Below, in pieces: positions 38,466-51,200 of a stretch of 64,000 nt of DNA. Source of the stretch: Phoronis australis (Eukaryota > Animalia > Phoronida); assembly GCA_002633005.1 (NCBI GenBank), contig NMRA01000361.1, forward strand, positions 186,001 through 250,000, in the 5' to 3' direction. Positions within the stretch are counted from its first letter, which is position 1, and every line of letters starts with the position of its first letter. The notes beneath the pieces were generated by a model, which worked only from the letters and a program-made list of their open reading frames with translations, did not search any database and was not told the DNA's origin. A program made the translations under genes and the position numbers.

Positions 38466-38989
38466 CATAAACCTTTATGTTTTATTAACTGACAGTGAGT
38501 TGTGTCAGTGGTAATCGAGGATAAACTCAAGCCTGAAGGCCCAAGTCAAAGCTTGTCAAGGGCCAGTGGTTTTTGTGCCACTAGACACATATAGTTGTCC
38601 CTGAATTAGAGAACCTGAATACGGGCCCGTTATTCAGTGGATGAAACTGGTTCTCAAAATCAGGGACCGCTACATCCGACCAGCGCAGTGGCAGTGTCGG
38701 TTTTTCATTTTGTAATGTTTCAAAACCATAGGCATAGGATTTTACAAGGAAACTGGGCATGTTAACTTTTTCAGCGGCAACCCCCNNNNNNNNNNNNNNN
38801 NNNNNNNNNNNNNNNNNNNNNNNNNNNNNNNNNNNNNNNNNNNNNNNNNNNNNNNNNTCAAAAAGAGTATTACGAACAAAATTTAAATTTAAATCGTTCT
38901 AACGTTAATACGAAACAATGAAAATAACTATCTTTCCTTTAATTTTTTGTCGAGTTTTGTGACTTTGATGCAGTTTGATCGCTGTTTGA

Positions 38990-39209
38990 ACAGGTCAACA
39001 TCCTTGAAGTGAACAGGTCAACAGGTCAACAGGTCAACCTCTTGGTGTGTGTTCCGTAGACGCAAATACCACAAGAAATAGAAAATCACGGAAAATATTG
39101 CGAGATTTTGCCATGCTTTATAAGTGAAACATTCAGCTAGCTGCTTTCGTGAGATTCTTGCATCTGCAGAACTCAACCGTGGTTAATGTGTTTTGATCGT
39201 GAGTTGACA
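38990..39209. promoter_or_regulatory. UPB1 proximal promoter with AGGTCA half-site array (shared region with ZSWIM7)
   Basis: AGGTCA at 38992, then AGGTCA-ac-AGGTCA-ac-AGGTCA at 39015-39036, about 175 bp upstream of the UPB1 ATG. Confidence 0.45.
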
Positions 39210-42200
39210 ATGGCGGAATTTGAGTCGGTCGACAAATCACTGGCAAAACACCTTCCAAGTGATGAACTAAAAGAAGTCAGGCGAATATTGTATGGTGCTG
39301 AACCTAGGTGAGACAGCTAGTTAATTGTCAGTACTCAATCCAGTAGCCTTGGTGGGCTTGATGCAACTGCAGTAGGCAGGTCCATGGTCTCATAACTTAT
39401 GCGCGGTGCATCTGAGGGGCTATCGTTTGTAGGCCTACAACTTTGCTCAAAGTATAGGTGATAGGTTACTGTCTGCTATTCGGCTGCGCAGATACCTGTA
39501 TGGCTGTATGAAGACTAACGTCGAAATACATAATGGAGCCCCAGACGGGTTACCTGTCTACCTCACATTGACCTCGAAATTTCACATCCCTGGGTATGAA
39601 ACTTTTATCATGTTTGTAAACGTAATAAATAGCGACCAACCCGTGGGACAGGGGGCATGGGTGCATGCAAAATCTGGGAATCAAGCGACTTACTTTGCCG
39701 GTTACAACGTTTAAAGTGAAAAACAATTTAATAGAAGTCATTTTAGTGCACTATTTTCCAGCTTTTGTCACAATTTAACTAGAAGACAGCTGTTGTCAAC
39801 TTGAAAATAGTGATGCTCGTGACACCTGCATTGCTCATTTTTTGGGACATAGTTCGGGAGATGGTGACAACTTCAACAAAGAAAAATTTGCTTAGAAATT
39901 TGGTTTGTTATGGGTTAAAATACTAAAACATAACGATGCGAAATCAATTCTGATAATTTTTTGTTACACAAAGGCCTGTGCAACCTTATGGAAGAATGAA
40001 CTGTTGATTAAAGAATCAGCAAAAACATAAATTGGATAGCTTTATATGTGCAGAAATCCGACACATCTTATCACTCCACAAATTTACTAGCATGAGAATA
40101 TGGACTGTGTCTCAGTTAATGCACCCATTCGCTAAGTTCGCATCTGTAGCCGGATTGCATCTTAATGCCAATTAATGCAAAAACGTAGCCTTGGACCAAT
40201 GCTGTATAGTTCCATGTAAAGAATTCATTGTTGACATCCTCACCGGTCGAGACTGCTTGCATGGGCAGCTGGACCAGTTTGTGTACTTTGGAATCTGTTG
40301 GCGTAAGACACCAGGCTGCTTATGTAATCGTTCTCTAGTAATCAGACCCATCATAAACACACAGGGAGTGACAATAGTATTTTTAAATTTTTATTTTGAA
40401 AATTTGTAAATAGCATACAAGTTTTGAGTTTTGAAAACAGACATGACCTTTACAACCTGAAACATTTGTTTAATAGTACTATGCTCCTCATTAGTTCTGG
40501 GTGTGTAATGTAAGTGTTCCAAGGCAAACCACCAGGTGGAGTTGTATTTTGAGGTACAAGCCAAGTGTCACCCTACAATTCTTGGCATGTTGCCAGGTTT
40601 AAGTGTTCATGTTGAAAATCACACATGCTGTTTTATTTTTGATGTGTCATTCAAATCTTATGGTCTTCAAATTTCTTCGACGTTTTGTAATTTGAGACTA
40701 TTGTTTCTGCTTGAAGGTTTATAATGGAAAGTGCATAATTCAATACTTTATTTTCTGTATTTTTTCTTATGGTCTTCAAATTTCTTCGACGTTTTGTAAT
40801 TTGAGACTATTGTTTCTGCTTGAAGGTTTATAATGGAAACTGCATAATTCAATACTTTATTTTCTGTATTTTTTTAAGTTCAATTCACATTTTCTCTGCT
40901 TTTACCTAGAAGTTACTGAATGATAAATTAATGTGTGCATAAAAGTTTTTTGTCCACTGATAATGCTATTTGTACAAGTGTCCAGTGATAGTGTGCAAGT
41001 GTCCACGGATAATGCTATGTGTGCAAGTGTCCATGGGTAATGCTATGTGTGCAAGTGTCCACGCATAATGCTATGTGTGCAAGTGTCCATGGGAAATGCT
41101 ATGTGTGCAAGTGTCCATGGGTAATGCTATGTGTGCAAGTGTCCATGGGTAATGCTATATGTGCAAGTGTCCATGGGTAATGCTTTCCATGCAAGTGTCC
41201 GCTGAATGCACACCATCAGTGGCACTAAGGGCTAGGGTGCACTACTGGGCTTGTTCTCTGAGAAAAGTACTACAATTGTACTTCTAAAACCCCAATTTAC
41301 GTCAATTTATAAAACATGATAACCACTATATTATGCTTCATCTTTCAGCCCACTTGAGTTGCCAGCCAGTGTAGTTGAGGAAGCCTCATCCAAACGCTTT
41401 GACTTACAAGCGTATGGGTGGCCAGTGTGCCCAGAGGAGACACGAGCACCACAGGTAGTCAGGGTGGGACTCATACAGAATGAAATCGTCCGACCCACAA
41501 CTGACCCCATCTTGGCGCAGGTAATGGGCCTAGGGTTTTGATTCAACTCTCCTATTCTTTGGAGGTGAAAATGCATTGTTTTAAATTGTTGACCTACTTT
41601 TCAAAAGTTAGGGCAGATGAGACACTTTGGAGCTGAGTCTGACAAGTGAAAAACAATTTATTACACCTAACTTAGCTTTTTAAGAAAAATTATGTTTGTC
41701 GCTATGCTACATTGTAAAACTTTATTGTCCTCTGATTGACGAAATGTAAACTATTGTGGAGCAAGTGCATTAATTTAATAACGGATGGCATTGTGGGTAA
41801 ATACTGCTCCCATATAAATTTCTTGTAAAAGTGCATTGATCAAAGTTGGCTTCATTAATTTAAAGCAGTAGAAACCCACCTTCCATCACAAAAACCAGCT
41901 TCCGTTGTGAAATTTGTGTCAAATTGTTGTCAAATTAGAGCTGATTCAGACTTTTTTTAGAGTGGAATTGTTTGGATACGAGGTCGATCTGTGCTAGTAT
42001 AGGTGTACGTTTTTGGGGTACATATGGTTTGCCTAGAATTCACTACCTTGACGACAAAATACATTAAAACATCAATCTCCTGAAGTGTTACCCATAGGCT
42101 TAGGAGGACACAGTAGGGACCAAAGCAGTTGTAGGGAGTTATACGTGGAATAATTTTCTGGTCCCGACCAATCATTTTGGTTGCCCTCCTGGTTTTCTTG

Positions 42201-45200
42201 AAGCAACAACGCAAACTTTGAATGAAGTTATCAAACTATTTCCAAATGTTTGAAGGTTTGCATGGCTGATATATGTCGCAATGTGCAAACTGATTTTGTA
42301 GCAGCAAAAAACATTTTTAGTAGATTTGTTTATAGTTTAAGTGGCAACCAACAGAAAAGGCAGATAGTTTTGTGCGTGCTAGGTTTATTGTTTTCTCTTC
42401 ATATGTTGTGTTGTGTTATGTATAGTATTATCAGGTGGCACTTTGACTCTTGGAAACAATTTGTCAACTTAAAGCACTTGTCATGACTGAATAGACTACA
42501 CCTCTGACTAAGAACCTAGTCCAGATGAGAACACTTATTCAATGATTAGGGTTCGACTCTATTCATTTACATATTAATTGTTTCATACTAAAGCTCTATA
42601 TGTCGATCTATACCGCCTGAATCTCTATAGTCATAACTTACTAGAGCATGTGACTAGAATTTCAGACTATTTAGCCATTGACTAAAGCTTTAGTACATGT
42701 CCTATTTATGCAAATGCAGACCAAAATATTATTATAGTCATGACCAAAGTGATTTTTTTCACTATGACCAAATTATGGCTAATGGGGGGTTCTGTTCACT
42801 AAAAGAAATTGACAGTTTTTTATTGCTTGATATCAGACCTGCAAGTTGGCTTAGTGGGGGCGTATCGTTTTATGCGTCTAGCATCATCTCAACAAATAAC
42901 GTGCTGTCAGTTCCTTGCAAACAGGCTAATTATAATTATATTGTCTGTGTAAGAAACTAGTGAAGACCAATGATGTAGTGACAGGTGGCTTAAATCAAAA
43001 GTTCTCTTTTTGGATGACACTTGGGTTTATAGCTGCTTTACGTATACCTAGTTTGCAGCAACATTTTCTGTTTTGCTCTCACCATGTATAGTGAACACTC
43101 GGCTACAACCTTCTTACCTCTGTCTCTTGACAAGGTGTATATTTGGAGGTAGTGCTTATTCAGAGCATACATGAGCAGTGAAATACATGCAAGATCTGGA
43201 AAAGTGTTATCCCAGTTTTTATTTTCAGCCAATTGCTGGTAAGCATGCATACTAAAAACTGGAATTAACGTTTTTAGATTTTGTCAGAATTCGTTACTGT
43301 TTAGCACCTGCTACATTTCCATTGTCTGTTTCTGTGTGCAGAGAGATGCCCTGCATGCGAGGATTGGAGAGTTGATTGATGTGGCAGCCAAATGTGGAGT
43401 GAACGTTCTGTGTCTTCAAGAAGCTTGGAGTAAGTTACCAAACACTTCACAAACCTGGAGTCCAATTCCTTACTTAGACTCAAACTTAGACTCTAACTCA
43501 TATTTCTTAGCTATTGAAAGTTTTGCCTCGAAATGTTGAGTACATCTTGACCCAGAGAGTATAAGACTAAGTAAATAACTCAAGTCTTGGTCTCAGTTTG
43601 CATGATTCTGAACGTCAATGCGATATGAGCAAACAAGCAATTTCCCTAAACCTAGTCTTGAACATTTTAAGACCATATATTACTTGTAAAAAATCTGAAG
43701 CAATGTAGTTCAATTTATTTTCAGAGTTTTACGTTGTGTCATGATATAGATATAAGGCAGAGGCTTGTTGCCGGAAAAAACATGCAAGTAAATAGTGATA
43801 ACCTCGTCTGTCTTTTATTCACTGGATGTTGTGAGCCTCAAGTTGAGACACCTTGCAATTATCTAAAGGAACACAGTAATCTGAACTGTGTTATATTGAT
43901 ATAGGCATCCCCAAACTGGCATCTAAAGAGTAACGTCAAGATAGGTTCCAATACTCAATTACTAAAAGTAATGTTATGAACAATAAACATTTAGCAACAC
44001 TTGTTAAATAGATAACTAAGAAATATGTTGTGCGAATAGTAAGTAATTGATTGCTAATAATAACAGAGTACGCCAGGGGTGCCCTGTCTGTCAACTAACG
44101 AATTTACTTGATGCATAGATGAGAAGTCACATCCATAGTGCGTGTGCTTTTTCAGCCATGCCATTTGCCTTCTGTACCAGAGAGAAACATCCTTGGACAG
44201 GATTCGCCGAGTCGGCTGAAGAGGGACCAACCACACAGTTTTTGGCTGAGGTAACGTTGGTGCTGACATGCTCGCATAGTTTTGGCTGGAGTCACGTGAT
44301 TGTCAAACATTTAACCTGTATTGATCTGAAGTAACCTTGCTATCAGAGTTCGTGTTTATGGGTGGCGTGTCATGGGTTGCATGGTTCTCAGCCTGTTGTG
44401 CTATTTATTAAGTCCTTTGTAACAGCACTATTGTCCTCGTTAGTATCGGAGGCCTGTGCTTGTGAGCGCTCGCCTCTTGAACTCAGTGATATACGTGATT
44501 GTGAGAGGTAAGAAATGATTTAATTAAACTACGTAGCTTAATTGAAGTTGATTATAGGGCCTTTCTTTGTTTTCTGTCACCCCCGAAACTAAACACTCGC
44601 ACGTGTGATTTTATTGGTTAGACTTGTCAAAGTTCAGAATTTAGAAAAAATTTTTGCGGTGAAAATGACTATTTATACTCCATGTTGTAGACAACTGCTT
44701 TCGTGGATGCTAATTTGGAAGCGAAGATGTTCTGTTGTTCAGTAGCAAGTTCTCACAAAGAGAAGCCGCAATGCTGAATCAAAATAATGCTCAGTTATGT
44801 GTATTCTTGTTTCAATGTTTACAATGTAAATTAAGAGGCAGTAAAAATTTGAAGTTGTTACTGTGAAAACTATTCATGACATATTGTTCTCATTCTAGGG
44901 TGCACCCTCTCACTTTAAGAGGGTGCACCCTCTCACTTTAGGAGGGCGCACCCTCTCTTTAGGTGGGGCGCACCTGCTCACTTTAGGAAGGAACACACTG
45001 TCACTTTAGGCGGATGCACCCTCTCACTTCAGGAGGGCGCACGCTACCTTGAATAGGCTTCAGGTACATTGTTACCACAATGAAAATCCAACTGTTCAAA
45101 ACTGAGTATTTTTCATTTAATAGTAATACCTATTTCATAGCGGCCACAGGTACGTTCTTGCTGACTGTGTGCTTTTCTCTTAAAATCACACTTCTTCAGT

Positions 45201-48200
45201 CTTTTCCGATAACATGCCATTCCAGTTTTTGCTGAACAATTGTGATTCCATCTGTTTTCTTCCTGTAGCATTTTGAGTGAGTGCTCAGATGTGTGAGTGG
45301 CAACTTTGTATTTTTAACAGGTAGCCGAGCAAAATCGAAGGTTGCCAAATCGACCCCTGCCACATACTAAAATGGATCAAAATTAATAACCAGTGTTTTC
45401 TTATAATCGGTTTGTTCCCTTTTAAATGACACTGGGTACATGCTTTTATTATTTTTTGACAAGGAAATGTGATTTTATTTTGTAAAAGCTCTTGTGCAGG
45501 TTACTTGATTTTTTAAATTTAATTTCAGTATGCTAAACGGTATGACATGGTCATCATATCTCCAATTCTAGAGAGGGATGAGGCTCATGGTGAAACCCTG
45601 TGGAACACTGCAGGTAATGTTATCAGTAGAAAAACTATTTGGAACACTGAGAGTAATGTTATTAATAGACGAACTGTTTGGAACAGTTCAAGTAATGTTA
45701 TTAATTGTCACAACCCATTGCTAAAGATGGTGTTCTGCTATTGATCAGGGTCCAGTTGCATAAAAGCACACACCACTTAATAATTGTTCTAAAATGATGT
45801 CAACATTGTTCAATACTGAAACATATTCAGAGGATAACGTGAAATTTTATGTCATCAGATTCAATGATTAATTCTTATATGTTAGCAGTGATCTTTGTAT
45901 ACTTTGTAGAATGAGAACAATATGTCATGAATAGTTTTCACAGTAACAACTTCAAATTTTTACTGCCTCTTAATTTACATTGTAAACATTGAAACAAGAA
46001 TACACATAACTGAGCATTATTTTGATTCAGCATTGCGGCTTCTCTTTGTTGTCCCTGTGAACATCATTTACCAAGGTTTTGTGACACATTAGTATTACCA
46101 ACATTTTCTTTTTGATAATAGACCTTAGCTGAACAGCATTCAGTTGTGATTAAAAAAAAACAGATCACTGATTGTTGTTTATTAGTTACGGACATGTAGA
46201 CGACAAATGTTTTAGTGGTGATAAACTGTTGTGTGCTTGGGTTACTTTCTTGTACACATTTGCTCAACAAAGTAACATAAAGACTTAAACCTGTCGATTG
46301 CTGTTAACAAAGTACTAGACAATGTGTACGGGTGTCTCAGTTAATGAACCAGACCTTTGTCCTTGGTTGTTTTGATGGTGTTTACAGACACTTAAGCATG
46401 ACGAAGAATATTTGGTTTTCGTTTCAGTTGTTATATCCAACACTGGCTCGGTTATTGGAAAGACTCGAAAGAACCACATTCCAAGAGTTGCTGATTTTAA
46501 TGAGGTTGTTGCAAATAACTTGTGGGTTGACATGTTCCAGTTTTCGACATTATTTTGTAGTCATTCTTTCCAGTACAATTACGTGAGATATTGTATTGGA
46601 AGTTAAGGAATCATAGTTGAATAATTTACATTTGGTCTCGTGAATAAATGAACCAACTCATTGGAACAGTTTGTTCCAAAAGTTTGTCTTTGAATCTCAA
46701 TCTGTATACCTGCCATCATGGAATGAGGTTTAATTTTTTGTTTAATATTTACCTCTCTTTAGTTCGTAGTGTTTCAAACATATAGGCCCAGACTGAAAGT
46801 TCTATAATTCTACTTCTAGCTTGTTTTTTCTATGAACCCTAACATATTGGGACAGATGTAAAATTGAGATGACCATACTTGCTGTGCGAAATCATTGGTC
46901 CTTTTCGGTAGAAAGTTAAGTGAGATGACCAGACACGCGTAAGCAGCAGTGGTTGCAGATGTTGTCTGTGGACAGTAACTTGATTCAAATGCCAAGCATC
47001 AATAGTAGAGTAGAATGTGACCTACTTGGCTATGGACTTGTGCAACCTCTCTGGAAGAGCTTATGATGAATATATGAACATAAGAGGATTCTCATGAGTT
47101 TCAAATCACGTGTTTTGTGCCATGGGCCTGACTTATGTGGCCTGCATACATCCAATGCAATTTAGGCGTCGGATCGACTGAAATCTATTTTTTCTTGTTG
47201 AAGCAACCTGTATTTATCAACATTCACTGTTTCATTGCAGTCCACTTACTATCTGGAAGGAAACACTGGCCACCCTGTATTCCAAACAAAGTATGGTAAG
47301 AATGTGAGTCGCACCGTAATAAATTTGATCAGTGCTCAGTCACATTGTGGTTAGTGCTTAATGTAGGTAAACAATGGTGAGCACATAGCTTTGATTCCAG
47401 GTCTTGACCAGGTACCCGTTCATAAGAAGCTCGGTGTTTTTTTCTCAGATCCCTTCTTCAGTGAGATTGGTCTCAATCTTAAAAAGAAGAATTCATCCCA
47501 GGCTCTGCTATTCATGTTCGACAGGGGTAATGAAATAATCATCTCAGCCAGGATCTGTTAAGCTGTGTTTAGTCACAGCCCAACTGGGACAGTTGCATAA
47601 CTAAGAGTTCGCCAAGAACTGCTTTATTTGCTGACCTTGTATGTCAATCTCAAAAGGCCTATTGATTGAACGAGTTTGAAAGTGTGTGAATATTTTTTGC
47701 TAACATTTACGTTTTGACGTCATATTTTTATGGTGTCAAAAGCATAGCCCGTCCAAAATAGCTGGTTCAGCGCACTTGGGACAGTCATAATTCATGAGTG
47801 CATCAAAATTCTGAAATTGCAAATAACACATCTCACTAATTTAGTAAAAAAGTAGTTCTGTAAACAAACCACATGTAACTATCACGTTTATCATGTGCTC
47901 CACACTGTGAGTGGATAGTATCCTAGTGTTCTAACTGGTGCATATTACTTGTACTCCCTGGGGTCCTCAAGATTGCATCACAGCCATTTTGGGTTATGGT
48001 GCACTGTAGCAGCATGGCCCAGCCTCCTCCCTGCTAAAGTGGACGCTTTGTACATTCATGAAATTGGCAATAATTGTGAATAGTCCTTTATGAGGTCATA
48101 CATTATAGAGCTTATTAAAGTACACTTATGCACATGTAAGGAAGACAAGTGCCACAAGTGTTGTTTGTTATAGTCATTCCTCTCCAATTTCACTTTTTGT

Positions 48201-51200
48201 TGCATAAAAATAAGTTTTGGTTTTTTTGCAGGTAAGATTGCTGTTAATATTTGCTACGGTCGGCACCACCCTCAGAACTGGATGATGTATGGTTTGAATG
48301 GTGCTGAAATCGTGTTCAACCCATCAGCCACGGTCGGCGCTCTCAGTGAACCTATGTGGGCAATTGAGGCAAGGAATGCAGCCATAGCCAACAGTTATTT
48401 CACATGCGCCATCAACAGGGTCGGAACGGTGAGTAGGGAAGTTAATTTGGTACACACACACACGCACNCACACACTACACTTCCCTGGGCTCAGTGCCAT
48501 CTTTTTTTCAGTGTGCATTTTCAATTAATTTTTCATGAAACTTTTCTTGCCAAAGTTAAGGGTGATATGATGTCACCAAGTCTCACTGCAGTATTTGTCT
48601 CTCTAGATATTTTATCTGCGGTTTAGTACAAGGGCATTGGTCGCGATGAGTCTGGACACTTGGTCTTGACTATTAGAAGTGCACGGTTTGCCTTTTCAAC
48701 TTACAATCAAATCGTATAGTAAGCGTCATGAAAAAATAGCCAAGCATTTGTTCAATAGGTCCTAAAATTTGTGTAGCAAGAACCAGTATGCAAACCAAAT
48801 CAATGAAATAACAGCAGTGTATTTAGTGATATCAATGAGTTGTCAAGGATAGAATGAGCGTGCTAAGGAATCGTGGGAATTTTTTGCCATGGAACTGAAC
48901 GACTAACTGTAATTGATGATTTTCCCACATTGTTCAAGATGCAGATTTGTGTTAAAAATGCTTGTAGTTTGATAATAGAAAAGGTGAGAGTTTGAACATG
49001 TTATTTGCATCTTTGATGGTCTATGATGACTGAAGTAACTGTGGTTTGACCATATGAATACATTTACAAATAGTAATGTTTATTTGTTTCTGTGTGATCA
49101 TGATGTCCTTGGGACAATGTCTACATGCACTGTAACAGTTGTTCTTTTGGTGCAACTCACATCAGAAAGTACGAAAGGCTGGATAATGCCTGTTCCTGAG
49201 CTTAAAACAAAGCTAATAATGACAAGGCCAAAAACATTATGATATAGCGTGTCATTTTTTACTTAACTTGGCATTATTTTCAAATGATTGAACTAGATTA
49301 ACCATGGAGATTATCACTTTCACTGGAACTTTGAAGTGCATAACTGACAGATTTGTGGAAATGGTTACTTATCCAATTATTGAGTTAGTGTGATTTGAAA
49401 TTAATTTGTGGAGTAGAAGACTCAGTTAACAAGGTATTTTTCACACCTTAAGTCATGGTACTAGTTTGCATTGTTCATATTGTTCAAATGTTCTTTCACA
49501 ATCACGCTGTTGTTCCCAATTTTCAGGAGATATTCCCCAATGAATTCACTTCAGCTGATGGGAAACCTGCTCATAAAGACTTTGGCCATTTTTACGGTAG
49601 GTCTACAAAACGTGCATCCATTTCAGGTGTGCATGTTAGTTAGCATTGTAGGGGGCCCCCATGTGAATGTTTGTTTTGGGCCCCCAAAAGGATAATGTCA
49701 AGACTTGCACATATCAATGCTGAATCAGCTGGTGTTTCATACAACTCCATCTGACATTTTGTTTAAGCCTAAATGACTTAAGTAAGGTACTTGAGGCTGT
49801 CTGCCTCGTGAACCTTTCAGTTTTCCTGGTTGTGTGATTTTCAATTGCATGTCAATAATGTAACAATATCATGACAGATGCGACTGTTTGTGAGGTCCTC
49901 TTAAGAGGACTTCAATCTCTTATAATTATTGAGATTTGTCTTTTAGTTACTGGAAATGTTGACTCTATCTCTGTTTCAGGCTCAAGTTATGTTGCAAGCC
50001 CTGACGGTGGTCGCTCTCCAGTAAGTCATATACTCAAATTTCTTGAGCACGGTTCATGGTAAAAATTCTTAAACTTGAAAGCCGCATAAAGCTTTGTTCT
50101 CAAAAATGCTAATCAAATTGGTTATCAAGTCAGAGTGGTTTCCCTTTGTGTTTGCCTGGTGGTGTGGTGCTGCCGCTTGACACAAATGTATACTGCTAGC
50201 CCTCATTGTACAGAGAAGGATCATTGAATAGTGTAAGTACATAAATTATTTTAGTTGTGTTGGGCATTCCTGCATGGCCTGTCAATTCAACTTACCACAT
50301 AGAAGATAATTGGAACAGAGAACATTGTCGTTGCACCACCTAGTGAATATTGAGTCTCCCTTTGCACAGATCGTCCATAGCAACAGTTGATAGCATTGTT
50401 GATGACATACTTGATGCTCGACCTCTCTTTCAGGGTTTATCTCGGATACAGGACGGGCTTCTGGTGTGTGAGATGGACCTGAACCTGTGTAGACAGTATA
50501 AGGACAAATGGACATTCAGGGTGAGTGTAGTTTGGTGCTTACAGTCAGCTACTGCCTTGTTTTACTATGGCCACGTGGTAGTTCTCTTCCATGAAATTGG
50601 TGGGGGTACCAATGCAAATTGAGAATCCAGACCAACTGCTGTGGGTGATAGCTCAGCAGCCAAGAAAACATAAAGTCAGAGATTAAAACCTGGCCTGTGT
50701 CAGTAAAGACAGCCCAACAAAGGGTTTGTGGTCCTGGCTGAGTAGATCGTTGTTTTATTACCTCCCATGGGTTTTGAATAGCCAAGCCTGAAATGAGAAC
50801 ATGTGTGCAGGGCTTGATTTGGTGACCTCTAGGTTACCAGAGCAACCTCAGATTTTGTTTGGTAACTTGGTAAAAATTGCACCAAGAGGTTGCCATGCAA
50901 ATGTAAACTTGCGAATATGGGCGAACTCATGAACAGGCAAATCTTTTCGTTGTACTTTGAAAAGTACAAGGAAAATGTTTTAAGGACTGGCACAAGCATA
51001 GATTGTGAAAAATCATCAATCTTACCAGCTTGTAAGCTTTTGTGGTTTACGCTTTGTAGGATCTATTTTCTCTGGGTATCAAAATATCAAGAATTTTCTT
51101 GTAAGGTACATTATTGTCAGCCTGACACTTATGTTTCATTTCAATAACGATCGCAAATCATTGCAGTATTTGATGCCAGCTTTTAGCAGCCACAACAAAA

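Larger units (their letters stand above)
35495..38519. repeat. ~1-kb near-identical duplication (35495-36505 vs 37254-38236; 36963-37006 vs 38471-38519) containing ZSWIM7 coding exon 1; probably two alleles
   Basis: The copies differ by scattered SNPs and indels, and the second copy is bounded by N gaps (37217-37253 and 38787-38857). Confidence 0.85.

Noticed and set aside
40951-41200. 28-bp repeat array of CRISPR-like unit length
   Set aside because: The units are contiguous with no unique spacers, there are no cas genes, and it lies in a eukaryotic intron. It is a minisatellite.
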